From: Thermoleophilia bacterium
GTDB lineage: Bacteria; Actinomycetota; Thermoleophilia; Gaiellales; Gaiellaceae
Length of the DNA: 35,174 nt
NCBI GenBank assembly: GCA_014534415.1
Contig: JACVRM010000001.1
Span: 1 to 35,174, forward strand
Reading direction: 5' to 3'
A model generated the notes under the pieces. That model saw only the letters and a program-made list of their open reading frames with translations. It did not search any database and was not told where the DNA came from. Of the stretch, positions 8,726 through 16,419 are shown piece after piece. Made by a program: the position numbers and the translations under genes. Every line of letters begins with the position of its first letter. Within the stretch, counting starts at the first letter, position 1.

Positions 8726-9493
8726 ATGCGGCGGCGCCCCACCGAGCCGCGGAGCGCGCGACGGCGCGTGCGGCCCCGGCTGCACACCGGACGGCTGGTC
8801 GCCGGCGCGTTCGTCGCTGCCGCGCTCGCCGTGACGCTCCTGCTCACGGCGTTCGGGACGGCCGAGCAGACGCGCGTGACCGGAGCCGCCGTCGCGCCGG
8901 CCAAGCGGTTGCTGCCGGCGCGCCCGCTTCCCCAGGTGATCGCCGTGCGCGGCGCGCTGCGCATCGAGCTGCCGATCGCCCAGAGTCGGGTCACGGCGAT
9001 CGGGTATCACGCGGCGTCGACGGGCGGGCTCGCGCTCGACCCCGTCGGACGGCCGGCCAACGAGGGACTGCTGAGCCGGCTCGCGCATCGCCTGTTCGGC
9101 GGCGGGGGCGGCGGGCTTCGCTACTACCAGCTCGGCGGCAGCGGCGGCGCCGACACGGCCGTTCTCAACGTCGGCGCGCCACCCGGTACCGACGTCTACG
9201 CGCCGGTGGACGGAACGGTCGTCGGCATCAGCGACTACATCGTGAGCGGCGGCAAGTACGGCGTGCGCATCGACATCCAGCCGGCCGGCGCGCCCTCGCT
9301 CGTGGTCTCCCTCACGCACCTGCGCCCGGACCCCGCGCTCGAGATCGGCTCGTCCGTCGCCTCGACCGTCTCGAAGATCGGCACGGTGCTCGACCTGTCG
9401 CGCGTAGAGGAGCAGGCGCTCGCTCGCTACACGCAGGACGAGGGCAATCACGTGGCGCTCGAGGTCCGCCCGGCCGCCACACTCTCCCCATAG
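8726..9493 (+). CDS. Membrane-anchored protein with degenerate M23/LytM-like C-terminal domain (hypothetical)
   Basis: ATG 8726 lies within the long track ORF 7991..9493, whose upstream part is junk. Basic N-terminus plus TM (LVAGAFVAAALAVTLLLTAF). The C-terminus DVYAPVDGTVVGI...GVRIDIQP...SLTHLRPD...KIGTVLD...GNHVALEV resembles the M23 core, but the HxH metal motif is replaced. Confidence 0.65.
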   Translation: MRRRPTEPRSARRRVRPRLHTGRLVAGAFVAAALAVTLLLTAFGTAEQTRVTGAAVAPAKRLLPARPLPQVIAVRGALRIELPIAQSRVTAIGYHAASTGGLALDPVGRPANEGLLSRLAHRLFGGGGGGLRYYQLGGSGGADTAVLNVGAPPGTDVYAPVDGTVVGISDYIVSGGKYGVRIDIQPAGAPSLVVSLTHLRPDPALEIGSSVASTVSKIGTVLDLSRVEEQALARYTQDEGNHVALEVRPAATLSP

Positions 9494-9546
9494 GCGGCGA
9501 GCGGCTCTCGGAACGAGCACGGGCTGCCGAGCCGCGCAGAGACGCG

Positions 9547-10326
9547 CTGAGAATCCTCTTCATCGCCGATGTCTTCGGCGCGCCGGGCCGACGCGCGGTC
9601 GAGGACCGGCTGCCGGCCTTGCGAAAGGAGCTCGCCGTCGACTTCTGCGTCGTGAACGGGGAGAACGCGGCGGACGGCTCCGGCCTGACTCCGAAGCTCG
9701 CCGAGCGACTGCTCGCGTCGGGCGGCGACGTCGTCACGCTCGGCAACCACGCGTGGCGGCGGCGTGAGCTCCTCCCGTACCTCGAAACCGCCGACCGCGT
9801 CGTCCGCCCGGCAAACCTCTCCAGGCACGCGCCCGGCCGCGGGCTCACGGTTGCGCCGGCCGGCGACGGTACGCCGGTTGCCGTGATCAACCTGATGGGC
9901 TGGCTCTTCCTGAACGTCGCGACGACGCCGTTCGAGGTCGTCGACGGCCTCGTCCAGGACGCGCGCCGCCGCGCGGCGGTCGTGCTGGTCGACGTGCACG
10001 CCGAGGCGACGAGCGAGAAGGTTGCGCTCGCCCGGTGGCTCGACGGGCGCGTCACGGCCGTCGTAGGAACGCACACGCACGTGCAGACGAGCGACGCTCG
10101 CGTGCTGCCGGGTGGAACGGCCACGATCACGGACGCCGGCATGACAGGCCCGCACGACTCAGTGATCGGTGTCCGCGCCGAGCTCGCGATCGAGCGCATG
10201 CGGACCGGCATGCCCATTCGGTTCGAGCCCGCGCACGGCGACGTCCGCATTGAGGGAGCGCTGGTCGAGTGCACCCGCGAGGGCCGCGCAACAACCTGCG
10301 AAGCCGTCCGGGTCGAGGTCCGCTAG
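9547..10326 (+). CDS. ymdB: YmdB-family metallophosphoesterase (TIGR00282-like, 2',3'-cyclic-nucleotide phosphodiesterase)
   Basis: Near-collinear with B. subtilis YmdB from residue 1: (L)RILFIADVFGAPGRRAV...VNGENAADGSGLT...TLGNHAW...VRPAN...VDVHAEATSEK...GTHTHVQT.D..VLP.GTA.ITD.GMTG. The first canonical start (9619) would remove the metal-binding GD motif. CTG 9547 sits exactly where the family Met1 is. Confidence 0.9.
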   Translation: MRILFIADVFGAPGRRAVEDRLPALRKELAVDFCVVNGENAADGSGLTPKLAERLLASGGDVVTLGNHAWRRRELLPYLETADRVVRPANLSRHAPGRGLTVAPAGDGTPVAVINLMGWLFLNVATTPFEVVDGLVQDARRRAAVVLVDVHAEATSEKVALARWLDGRVTAVVGTHTHVQTSDARVLPGGTATITDAGMTGPHDSVIGVRAELAIERMRTGMPIRFEPAHGDVRIEGALVECTREGRATTCEAVRVEVR

Positions 10327-11564
10327 GCGCTGCCGGCGGCCGCCTGGAGACGCGCGCGCCGTCTCGACCACGCCCGGGCCGGCGAGACGAGCACGGCGAC
10401 GATCGCGAGCAGCAGTACGTCGCGCGTAAGGACGAGCCACGTGGCCGTGGCGTCCAGGTCTTCGACGAGATCCCAGTAGCGGTGCGGGAACCAGAGTTGT
10501 GTCAGCACCGCCGCGAGGGCGAGCAAGGCCGAGGCGGCCGCGCCGCGGCGGCCGCCTACCAGTGGGACGAGCGGCAGTAGCCAGATCAAGAACTGCGGCG
10601 AGAGCACCTTGCCGAGCGCGACGAACGCGCAGACGGCCGCCGCCGCGTAGCGAACGAGCCGCTCGCGGTCGCCCGGGTCACCGCGCCGGGCGAACGCCGT
10701 CCAGATGGCGGCCAGCGCTGCGAGCTGGAGCACCGTTTGTCCGGCCGCGAGGACGTCGGCGCCCGTCCCGACGAGGTTCTGCGACCCCGCGCTCGTGCCC
10801 GTCGTCATTTCGATGTCCCCAACCTGGTGCGCCGCAAGCAGAATCGCCGAACCGAGGCTCTCGATCTGAAGACCTCGCGTCGCGTGCATGGAGAAGGCGT
10901 CCCAGAGGCCGCCGGGCGAGATCGCCGCGAACGGCAGCACGCACGCGGCGATCGCGCCGGCGAGGATCGCACCGCAGATGAGCGCCTCGCGGCGCCCCTC
11001 CCTCCGCCAGACGAACGCCAGCGCGAGCGGCACGAGCACGCCCGGAAAGACCTTCACGACCGCGCCCAGCCCCAGGACGGCGCAGCCGACGCGCTCCCGT
11101 CCGCCGACGAGCGCCGCGAGCGCGGCGACCGCGAGCGCGGCCGGCAGGAGATCGAAGCGCGAGAGCACGACCGAACCGAGCGCGAGTGGCAGCACGGCCG
11201 CGAACGCCGGGGGCGCGGCGCGCGCCGCGCCCCGCCGCCCGAGCGCGCTCAGCGAGACGACCATCGCGACCAGCGCGGCCGCCCCGCACAGCCACATCAG
11301 CGCCTCGAAGAGCCGGCGATAGCCGTTGGACCCGTCGCCCACGGTCGGCAGCGCGAAGACCGGCAGCGCGCCGGGCGGGTACTCCACGGCGAAGTCGCGG
11401 TACGGGACCTCGCCCGCCACCATCGCCTCGCCGTACCTCTCGTACACGGGCACGTCGCTGATCGGACGTTCCGCCCAGAAACCCTGGTGCAGCAGTACCC
11501 AGGTGACGAACAGGGCGCCGAGAGCGCCGACTGCGATCGCGATCGTCCCGGCGGACTTGCTCAC
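10323..11564 (-). CDS. Integral-membrane glycosyltransferase, GT87/DUF2029-like (polyprenol-phosphate-sugar dependent)
   Basis: GTG 11564 overlaps the stop of the upstream gene (GTGA). The 413-aa polytopic protein reads VSKSAGTIAIAVGALGALFVTWVLL...DVPVYERYGEAMVAGEVPYRDFAVEYPPGALPVF..., the signature N-terminal loop of DUF2029/GT87 enzymes. The track ORF (878 aa) is an out-of-context extension through the upstream gene. Confidence 0.78.
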   Translation of the reverse strand: MSKSAGTIAIAVGALGALFVTWVLLHQGFWAERPISDVPVYERYGEAMVAGEVPYRDFAVEYPPGALPVFALPTVGDGSNGYRRLFEALMWLCGAAALVAMVVSLSALGRRGAARAAPPAFAAVLPLALGSVVLSRFDLLPAALAVAALAALVGGRERVGCAVLGLGAVVKVFPGVLVPLALAFVWRREGRREALICGAILAGAIAACVLPFAAISPGGLWDAFSMHATRGLQIESLGSAILLAAHQVGDIEMTTGTSAGSQNLVGTGADVLAAGQTVLQLAALAAIWTAFARRGDPGDRERLVRYAAAAVCAFVALGKVLSPQFLIWLLPLVPLVGGRRGAAASALLALAAVLTQLWFPHRYWDLVEDLDATATWLVLTRDVLLLAIVAVLVSPARAWSRRRARLQAAAGSA

Positions 11565-13387
11565 GCGCGCCAGCTCTTCGCCGGCGCCGCCGCTGCCACG
11601 AGCGGCCTCTCGTGCTCCGCTCGACTTGCCTGCGCGTCCGCCGCCGCCGGCCGGTTCGGCGAAGCGGCCGGCGCCAGGACGGCGAGCGCGACGAACGGAA
11701 AAAACCACGGGATGTAGAGGTAGAACCAGTGCGTGAGGACGAGCTCGAACGCGATCAACAGTGCCCCGGACAGCGCCGCGAGCTGCAGCGGCGACTTGCG
11801 CCTCGGCACGAAGTACGCCGCGACGCCGGCCGCCGCAACGAGCCCCATCAGCACCTGCTGTGCCCGCTTCAGGTCCGGGATGCCGTCCGCGTGGTACTGC
11901 CCCCAGTCCCACAGCGAGAACGGGGACTCGCGGCCGATCTGCGCCTCGAACGTGCGCTCGTAGAAGATGCGCGCGGCTTCGAATGCGTCGGGCTCGAGCA
12001 GCAGCACCGAGAAGCCCGCGAGCGAGGCGACCGCGAAGGCGCCTGCGAAGACCGCCTTGGCGCGCGGCCTGCGGAGCGCGTCGGGATACGACGCCCACAG
12101 CGGCACCAGGATGAGCGCCGAGAGCTTCGTCCAGGCGCCGAGCGCAAGGAGCGCGCCTCGCGCCGCTGGCGATGAAACGAGCCAGAACCCCCAGACGAGC
12201 AGCGCAGGCTGGACGGCGTCGTTCGTGTTGGCATTCGACACGTACTGCGTGAACGGGTAGGCCGCCCAGGCAAAGGCGAGCGCGACGGCGAGGCGGGCGC
12301 CGCCGAACCGCCGCCCGACGAGCACGAGGCCGAGGATGGCGAGCAGGTCCCACGCGATGCTCGTGAAATGGGCCGCGGGTAGGTCGTCCCACCGGCCCTC
12401 CCAGCCGAACAGCCAGTAGCCGGGCAGGTAGGCGAGGTACGAGACCGGCCCGTACGTGTCGCCCGTCTCGTTGGCCGTCTCGCAGCGGCCGTTCGTCTGG
12501 ATCCGGTCGCGGATCACTCCTTCGGCGTTCGCTGCGCCGCACGGCTTGCGACCAGCCTCGACCGGCATGTGCCCGTACGGCGCCTCCCCGTTGGCGATGC
12601 GGTGCGCCCCGATGACGCCCGCGTACCCGACATCGATCACGTTCGACGTCTCCGTGTTGAGCCCGATCCGGAAGCCGACGAGGAAGACCGTGGCCGCGGC
12701 GAGCAGCCACACCGGCCAGAGCGGACGGTCGGGCGCTCCGACCCGGCCGCGCACGCCGATCCACACCATCCGCGCGAGGAGGTAGACGAGCGGCGGGTAC
12801 GCAAGCGGAACGCTCGTGAAGACGTCGCCGTCGTTGAAGTACGCGAGCGAGACGCCGAACGAGAGCAGCACGAGCAGGTCGAGATTGCGCAGCGAGAACG
12901 GCCGCCGGAAGTTGGCCAGCCCGACGAAGAACGCAGCCGAGAGCGACAGCCAGATCCACGGGTCATTCAACTCCTTGCCGCCGAATGCGCCCTCGTAGCC
13001 GCGCGCCATCGTCCAGGCAACCTGCGGGCCGGTCCACGCCTCGAGCACCTGCCCCGTGTCGTCGTCGACCTTGACACGCGCGATCTCCCCGGCGTCGCGC
13101 CACCAGACATTGACGGTCCAGCTGCCGTCCGCGTCGTACTTCGCGTCGCTCGTCCGGCCGGCGACCGGATAGCGGCCGAGCCAGTCCTTCACCTTGGGGT
13201 GTGCCAGCGCGATGTCCAGAACCCGCTGCTTCGTCAGCTGTTTCGTCCGGCCGGCCGCTCCGAAGCGCGCTTCGGCGAGCGGTCCTCGTTCGGCGTAGAC
13301 CGGCGCCGTCGGCGGCCTGTCCTGTGCGAGCGCGGGCGGCGCGAGCACGAGCGCGCAGGTCACAGCGAGGAGCAGCCGCGCGATCAC
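11561..13387 (-). CDS. Large polytopic GT-C-type glycosyltransferase-like membrane protein with N-terminal secreted PepSY-like domain
   Basis: 608 aa. Signal peptide MIARLLLAVTCALVLAPPALAQD, then a ~120-aa soluble domain (KVKDWLGRYP...DGSWTVNVWW...ARVKVDDDTGQVLEAWTG) that resembles PepSY. About 12 TM helices follow, with DUF2029/ArnT-like features. Confidence 0.78.
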   Translation of the reverse strand: MIARLLLAVTCALVLAPPALAQDRPPTAPVYAERGPLAEARFGAAGRTKQLTKQRVLDIALAHPKVKDWLGRYPVAGRTSDAKYDADGSWTVNVWWRDAGEIARVKVDDDTGQVLEAWTGPQVAWTMARGYEGAFGGKELNDPWIWLSLSAAFFVGLANFRRPFSLRNLDLLVLLSFGVSLAYFNDGDVFTSVPLAYPPLVYLLARMVWIGVRGRVGAPDRPLWPVWLLAAATVFLVGFRIGLNTETSNVIDVGYAGVIGAHRIANGEAPYGHMPVEAGRKPCGAANAEGVIRDRIQTNGRCETANETGDTYGPVSYLAYLPGYWLFGWEGRWDDLPAAHFTSIAWDLLAILGLVLVGRRFGGARLAVALAFAWAAYPFTQYVSNANTNDAVQPALLVWGFWLVSSPAARGALLALGAWTKLSALILVPLWASYPDALRRPRAKAVFAGAFAVASLAGFSVLLLEPDAFEAARIFYERTFEAQIGRESPFSLWDWGQYHADGIPDLKRAQQVLMGLVAAAGVAAYFVPRRKSPLQLAALSGALLIAFELVLTHWFYLYIPWFFPFVALAVLAPAASPNRPAAADAQASRAEHERPLVAAAAPAKSWRA

Positions 13388-13420
13388 GCCGTCAGCGTGC
13401 CTGGCGGCCCGCGGCTTCCG

Positions 13421-13870
13421 CTAGCCCGCGCGAAACGACCAGAGCTTGTTGCCGACGAAGTTGATCGGCGTGACGAGCACGATGGCGATCGCCTGCGCCG
13501 ACAGCTTGCCGAGCCCGCTCCAGACGAAGAGCGCGAGCAGAACCTCGTTCGCAGCGAGCGCGCAGAGCGCGACGACCAGGAACCGCAACCCCTGGTACGC
13601 GACGTGGCCGCGCTGGCCGCGGAACGTCCAGAGGCGGTTCCAGGTGTAGTTGTTGGCGACGGCCACCACGAACGAACATGCCGCCGCGGCGAGATAGTGG
13701 ACGCCGAATGCGAGCAGCGCGGCGTAGACCGAGAGGTTGACGACGTAGCCGGTCGCGCCGACAGTGCAGAACTTCGCGAGCTGGATCCAGTTGGCTCGCC
13801 GGCGCAGCGCGCGCGCGGCGCGCCGACGCGAGAACACGAGCGCGGGCGAGACGTCGGACGAGCGCTCCAT
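13421..13870 (-). CDS. GtrA-family membrane protein
   Basis: ATG 13870 gives MERSSDVSPALVFSRRRAARALRRRANWIQLAKFCTVGATGYVVNLSVYAALL...NYTWNRLWTFR...PINFVGNKLWSF, the classic GtrA pattern. The track's 84-aa N-terminal extension covers a non-coding repeat element. Confidence 0.85.
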   Translation of the reverse strand: MERSSDVSPALVFSRRRAARALRRRANWIQLAKFCTVGATGYVVNLSVYAALLAFGVHYLAAAACSFVVAVANNYTWNRLWTFRGQRGHVAYQGLRFLVVALCALAANEVLLALFVWSGLGKLSAQAIAIVLVTPINFVGNKLWSFRAG

Positions 13871-14022
13871 CTGCGGCGCGAGCGTAGCTGCCCACTCGTC
13901 GACGACGCCCCGACTGCATCTGCGGCTGCGGCCCGCGCGGCGCCAGCGACGGCGCGATGCACGAGAGCGACCGGGGCGGCCGTCCGGCAAGGACACGCCC
14001 TCCGCAACGAAACGGCGACGGA

Positions 14023-14143
14023 CGATCCACAGCCGCGCCGACCCGCATAGCTCCGGGGACTGTCCCCGAAAGCGGCCCGCCGAGACGCGTCCTCTGTCGG
14101 GGAAGCGTGACGATTCATCCACGGGGGCGGAGGGCGCGCGGGC
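14023..14143 (-). repeat. Copy A of a ~120-nt conserved intergenic element (structured RNA or multi-palindrome DNA site), upstream of the GtrA operon
   Basis: Aligns with 18769-18892 in the same orientation. The core (14122->14055) is gtggatgaatcgtcacgcttccccgacagaggacgcgtctcggcgggccgctttcggggacagtcccc. It contains GACGCGTC and the perfect 7-1-7 palindrome CGGGGAC-A-GTCCCCG (14054-14068). Confidence 0.6.
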
Positions 14144-14410
14144 CTAGTGGACCGAGAACTGCTCCTCGCCGCGTGGCTCCTCCCACGCGACCTCCACGTC
14201 GTCGACGTCGGCGAGAGCCGGCCCGCGGCCACACCAGCGAAGGAGCGTCTCGACGCGCTCGCGCTCGCCCTCGAGCGCCGCTTCGACGCTCCCGTCGGCG
14301 GCGTTGCGCACCCAGCCGGCGAGGCCGAGTGAGCGCGCGCGCTCGCGCAGCTCGGCGCGGAAGAAGACGCCCTGCACGCGACCGCGCACGCGCACCCGCG
14401 CGCGCGCCAC
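14144..14410 (-). CDS. acyP: Acylphosphatase
   Basis: [48 protein letters not shown] matches the acylphosphatase signature (V.G.VQGV.FR ... G.V.N..DG.VE). GTG 14410 lies 1 nt after the pcm stop. The track start 14434 would overlap pcm by 23 nt. Confidence 0.85.
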   Translation of the reverse strand: MARARVRVRGRVQGVFFRAELRERARSLGLAGWVRNAADGSVEAALEGERERVETLLRWCGRGPALADVDDVEVAWEEPRGEEQFSVH

Positions 14411-14411
14411 G

Positions 14412-15065
14412 TCACTCGCCGAAGCCCTGCTCACCGACGAGCGGGACGAACCGGCACTGGACCGAGCGGACGACGGCCGGGCCCTCCGGGCTGCGGACGA
14501 TCAGCTCGAGGCGCTGGCCGAACCGGCCGCCCACCGGGATGACGAGCCGGCCGCCCGGGCGCAGTTGTGCGTAGAGCGCCTCGGGCAGCTCCGGCGCGGC
14601 GGCCGCGACCCCGATCGCGTCGTACGGCGCGCGCTCCGGCACGCCGAGCGTCCCGTCGCCGACGTGGAGCTCGACGCGCTCGTAGCCGGCAGCCGCTAGG
14701 CACGCTCGCGCCCGCTCGGCGAGCTCGGGCAGGCGCTCGATGGACACGACCTCGCCGGCGAGCTCCGCGAGCACCGCTGCCTGGTAGCCCGAGCCAGTGC
14801 CGACGTCGAGCACCCGGTCGCCTCCATCCACCCCGAGCGTCTCGACGATGCGCGCGACCATGTACGGCTGCGAGATCGTCTGGCCGAACCCGATCGGCAG
14901 CGCGGCGTCCTCGTACGCGTGCCGGCGCAGATGCTCGGGAACGAAGATCTCGCGCGGGACGCGCGCCATCGCTTCGAGCACCCGCTCGGCGACGACGTCG
15001 CGCGCGCGCAGCTGCTCGTCCACCATCCGGGCGCGCGCCGCGGCAAAAGAGTCCTCAGGCTGCAC
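14412..15065 (-). CDS. pcm: Protein-L-isoaspartate O-methyltransferase
   Basis: VPREIFVPE...IGFGQTISQPYMVA...VLDVGTGSGYQAAVLA...V.SIER...VGDG..G.....PYDAI.V.AA....P..L..QL..GGRLV.PVG. The start is uncertain: GTG 15065 (chosen), ATG 15026 or the track's 15116. Confidence 0.9.
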   Translation of the reverse strand: MQPEDSFAAARARMVDEQLRARDVVAERVLEAMARVPREIFVPEHLRRHAYEDAALPIGFGQTISQPYMVARIVETLGVDGGDRVLDVGTGSGYQAAVLAELAGEVVSIERLPELAERARACLAAAGYERVELHVGDGTLGVPERAPYDAIGVAAAAPELPEALYAQLRPGGRLVIPVGGRFGQRLELIVRSPEGPAVVRSVQCRFVPLVGEQGFGE

Positions 15066-16419
15066 GCGCGGTTGCCACCGAAACGCCGAAGTGCTGCGTG
15101 ACGAGGGGCGCGACATCCACGATCCGCCGAGGAGGAGCGGCCGTACCGACGGTCACCATCGGCACGAGCGAGTCACCGGCCGCGAGCGAGCCGTGACTGC
15201 CACCGCCAGCGTGGTGGCGGCGGCCCAGGTCGGCGAACGCGACCTCGGGCGCCGCCGTCACGATGAGCTCCCCCGCGTTGGGATTGCCCAGCGCTGCCCA
15301 GACACGCTCCCACGCGTTCGGCTCGGGCAGCAGCCCTTCGTCGCCCGACCAGCGCCACCGGTCGCCTTCGTCGCGCGCGAAGCGGAGCTCCTCGCCGCCG
15401 CGGCGGACGACCGCCTCCGTCCCTTCACGGAAGAGCACCGCCTCGGTCCCCGGAAGCCGCTCCGCGCGGGCTGCGAGCTCGCGCACGTCCGTCCGGCACG
15501 CCGGCAGCCGGTAGACCATGCCGACGCGATTGGATGCGGCAACGGCGACCTCGGCGTCGGCCGCCCCACGCGCCGGCAGCAGGCGGAAGTCTGCGAACGC
15601 GGCCTCGAGCGGCACGCCGCGCGAGACCGGCGTCTGGCCGTGATCCGAGCAGACGACCACCGCGTACCGCTCGAGGAACGCGTCGCCGCCCCCGGCTGCG
15701 TCGAACAGCGCGCCGACCGCGGCATCGCTGCGCGCTAGCGCGGCGCGCGTGCCCTCCGGTCCATGGAGATGCGAGGCGAAGTCGTAGTCCGGCAGGTAGA
15801 AGACGAGGAACTCGAAGCCGTCTCGTGTGACGAGCCAGCGCCCGACCATCGCGGCGTAGGCGTCGACCGAGCCGAGCATGCGCGCCTTGACCGCGAGCGG
15901 CGCTCCCGTCCGGTCCGATTCGAAGAGGTTGAAGTAGTAGAACCGCTTCGGCCCGTACGCGTCCGGCATGACGCCCGGCACCGTGGAGCGATGTCGGGTC
16001 GTGCCGCGGTAGCACGTCATGTTCACCGCGGCGGTCGTCAGGCCGGCTGCCTCGAGCGTCTCGAACATGGTGGGGGTCTCGCGCGCGAGGTGGTCGCGGT
16101 TCATGTGGATGACTGCGTCGCGGATCGAGCGGCGAGTGCCGGCGGCGCGCAGCGCGCCGAACGACGAGCCGTACTCCACGTAACGACGCTCGGCGCGGTG
16201 GTACCAGACGAGATGCGGTATCAGGTGGGCGTCGGGATGCGCGCCGGTCGCGATCGACGCGAGGCAAACGGGTGTCAGCGAGGGGAAGGTGGACACCGCT
16301 CGGCCGTACTCGCCGTGTTCGGCGAGGAACGCGAGCGCCGGGGCGCGGCCGCTCTCGACGGCCTCCTCGAACGCGGCCGGCGTGAGGCCGTCGATCACGA
16401 TGAGGACGAGCTTCTTCAC
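15055..16419 (-). CDS. Alkaline-phosphatase-superfamily enzyme (type I phosphodiesterase / nucleotide pyrophosphatase-like)
   Basis: 454 aa. (M)KKLVLIVIDGLTPAAFE...STFPSLTPVCLASIATGAHP...FLVFYLPDYDFASHLHGP...VVVCSDHGQT shows the metal-ligand and nucleophile (T/S) pattern of PF01663-type enzymes. Its GTG start overlaps the upstream stop (GTGA, 16416-16419). Confidence 0.82.
   Translation of the reverse strand: MKKLVLIVIDGLTPAAFEEAVESGRAPALAFLAEHGEYGRAVSTFPSLTPVCLASIATGAHPDAHLIPHLVWYHRAERRYVEYGSSFGALRAAGTRRSIRDAVIHMNRDHLARETPTMFETLEAAGLTTAAVNMTCYRGTTRHRSTVPGVMPDAYGPKRFYYFNLFESDRTGAPLAVKARMLGSVDAYAAMVGRWLVTRDGFEFLVFYLPDYDFASHLHGPEGTRAALARSDAAVGALFDAAGGGDAFLERYAVVVCSDHGQTPVSRGVPLEAAFADFRLLPARGAADAEVAVAASNRVGMVYRLPACRTDVRELAARAERLPGTEAVLFREGTEAVVRRGGEELRFARDEGDRWRWSGDEGLLPEPNAWERVWAALGNPNAGELIVTAAPEVAFADLGRRHHAGGGSHGSLAAGDSLVPMVTVGTAAPPRRIVDVAPLVTQHFGVSVATARAA

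Noticed and set aside
10323-10326. Convergent ymdB and GT87 genes with overlapping stop codons (CTAG) and no terminator between them
   Set aside because: The observation is real but a common compaction feature. There is no evidence of special function beyond possible transcriptional interference.
11565-12959. N-terminal extension of the GT87 gene to an 878-aa ORF (10323-12959)
   Set aside because: The extension is Arg-rich junk overlapping the well-formed 608-aa GT-C gene in another frame. GTG 11564 with a GTGA overlap gives a normal polytopic protein.
13871-14122. 84-aa N-terminal extension of GtrA, and the similar-looking peptide start MD(E/D)SSR...GRVSAGR in ORF 18221-18868
   Set aside because: The two nucleotide copies differ by a 1-nt indel that breaks the shared frame. 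Copy B is not in frame with any downstream gene. The composition is junk-like. I interpret it as a non-coding repeat element instead.
14054-14122. Possible match of elements A/B to known riboswitches (guanidine-II/mini-ykkC ACGR hairpins, ZTP, c-di-AMP ydaO, guanidine-I)
   Set aside because: The GGACGCGTC segment does not form the GG-ACGR-CC hairpin pair of mini-ykkC. None of the other consensus cores I remember is present. The elements are left unclassified.
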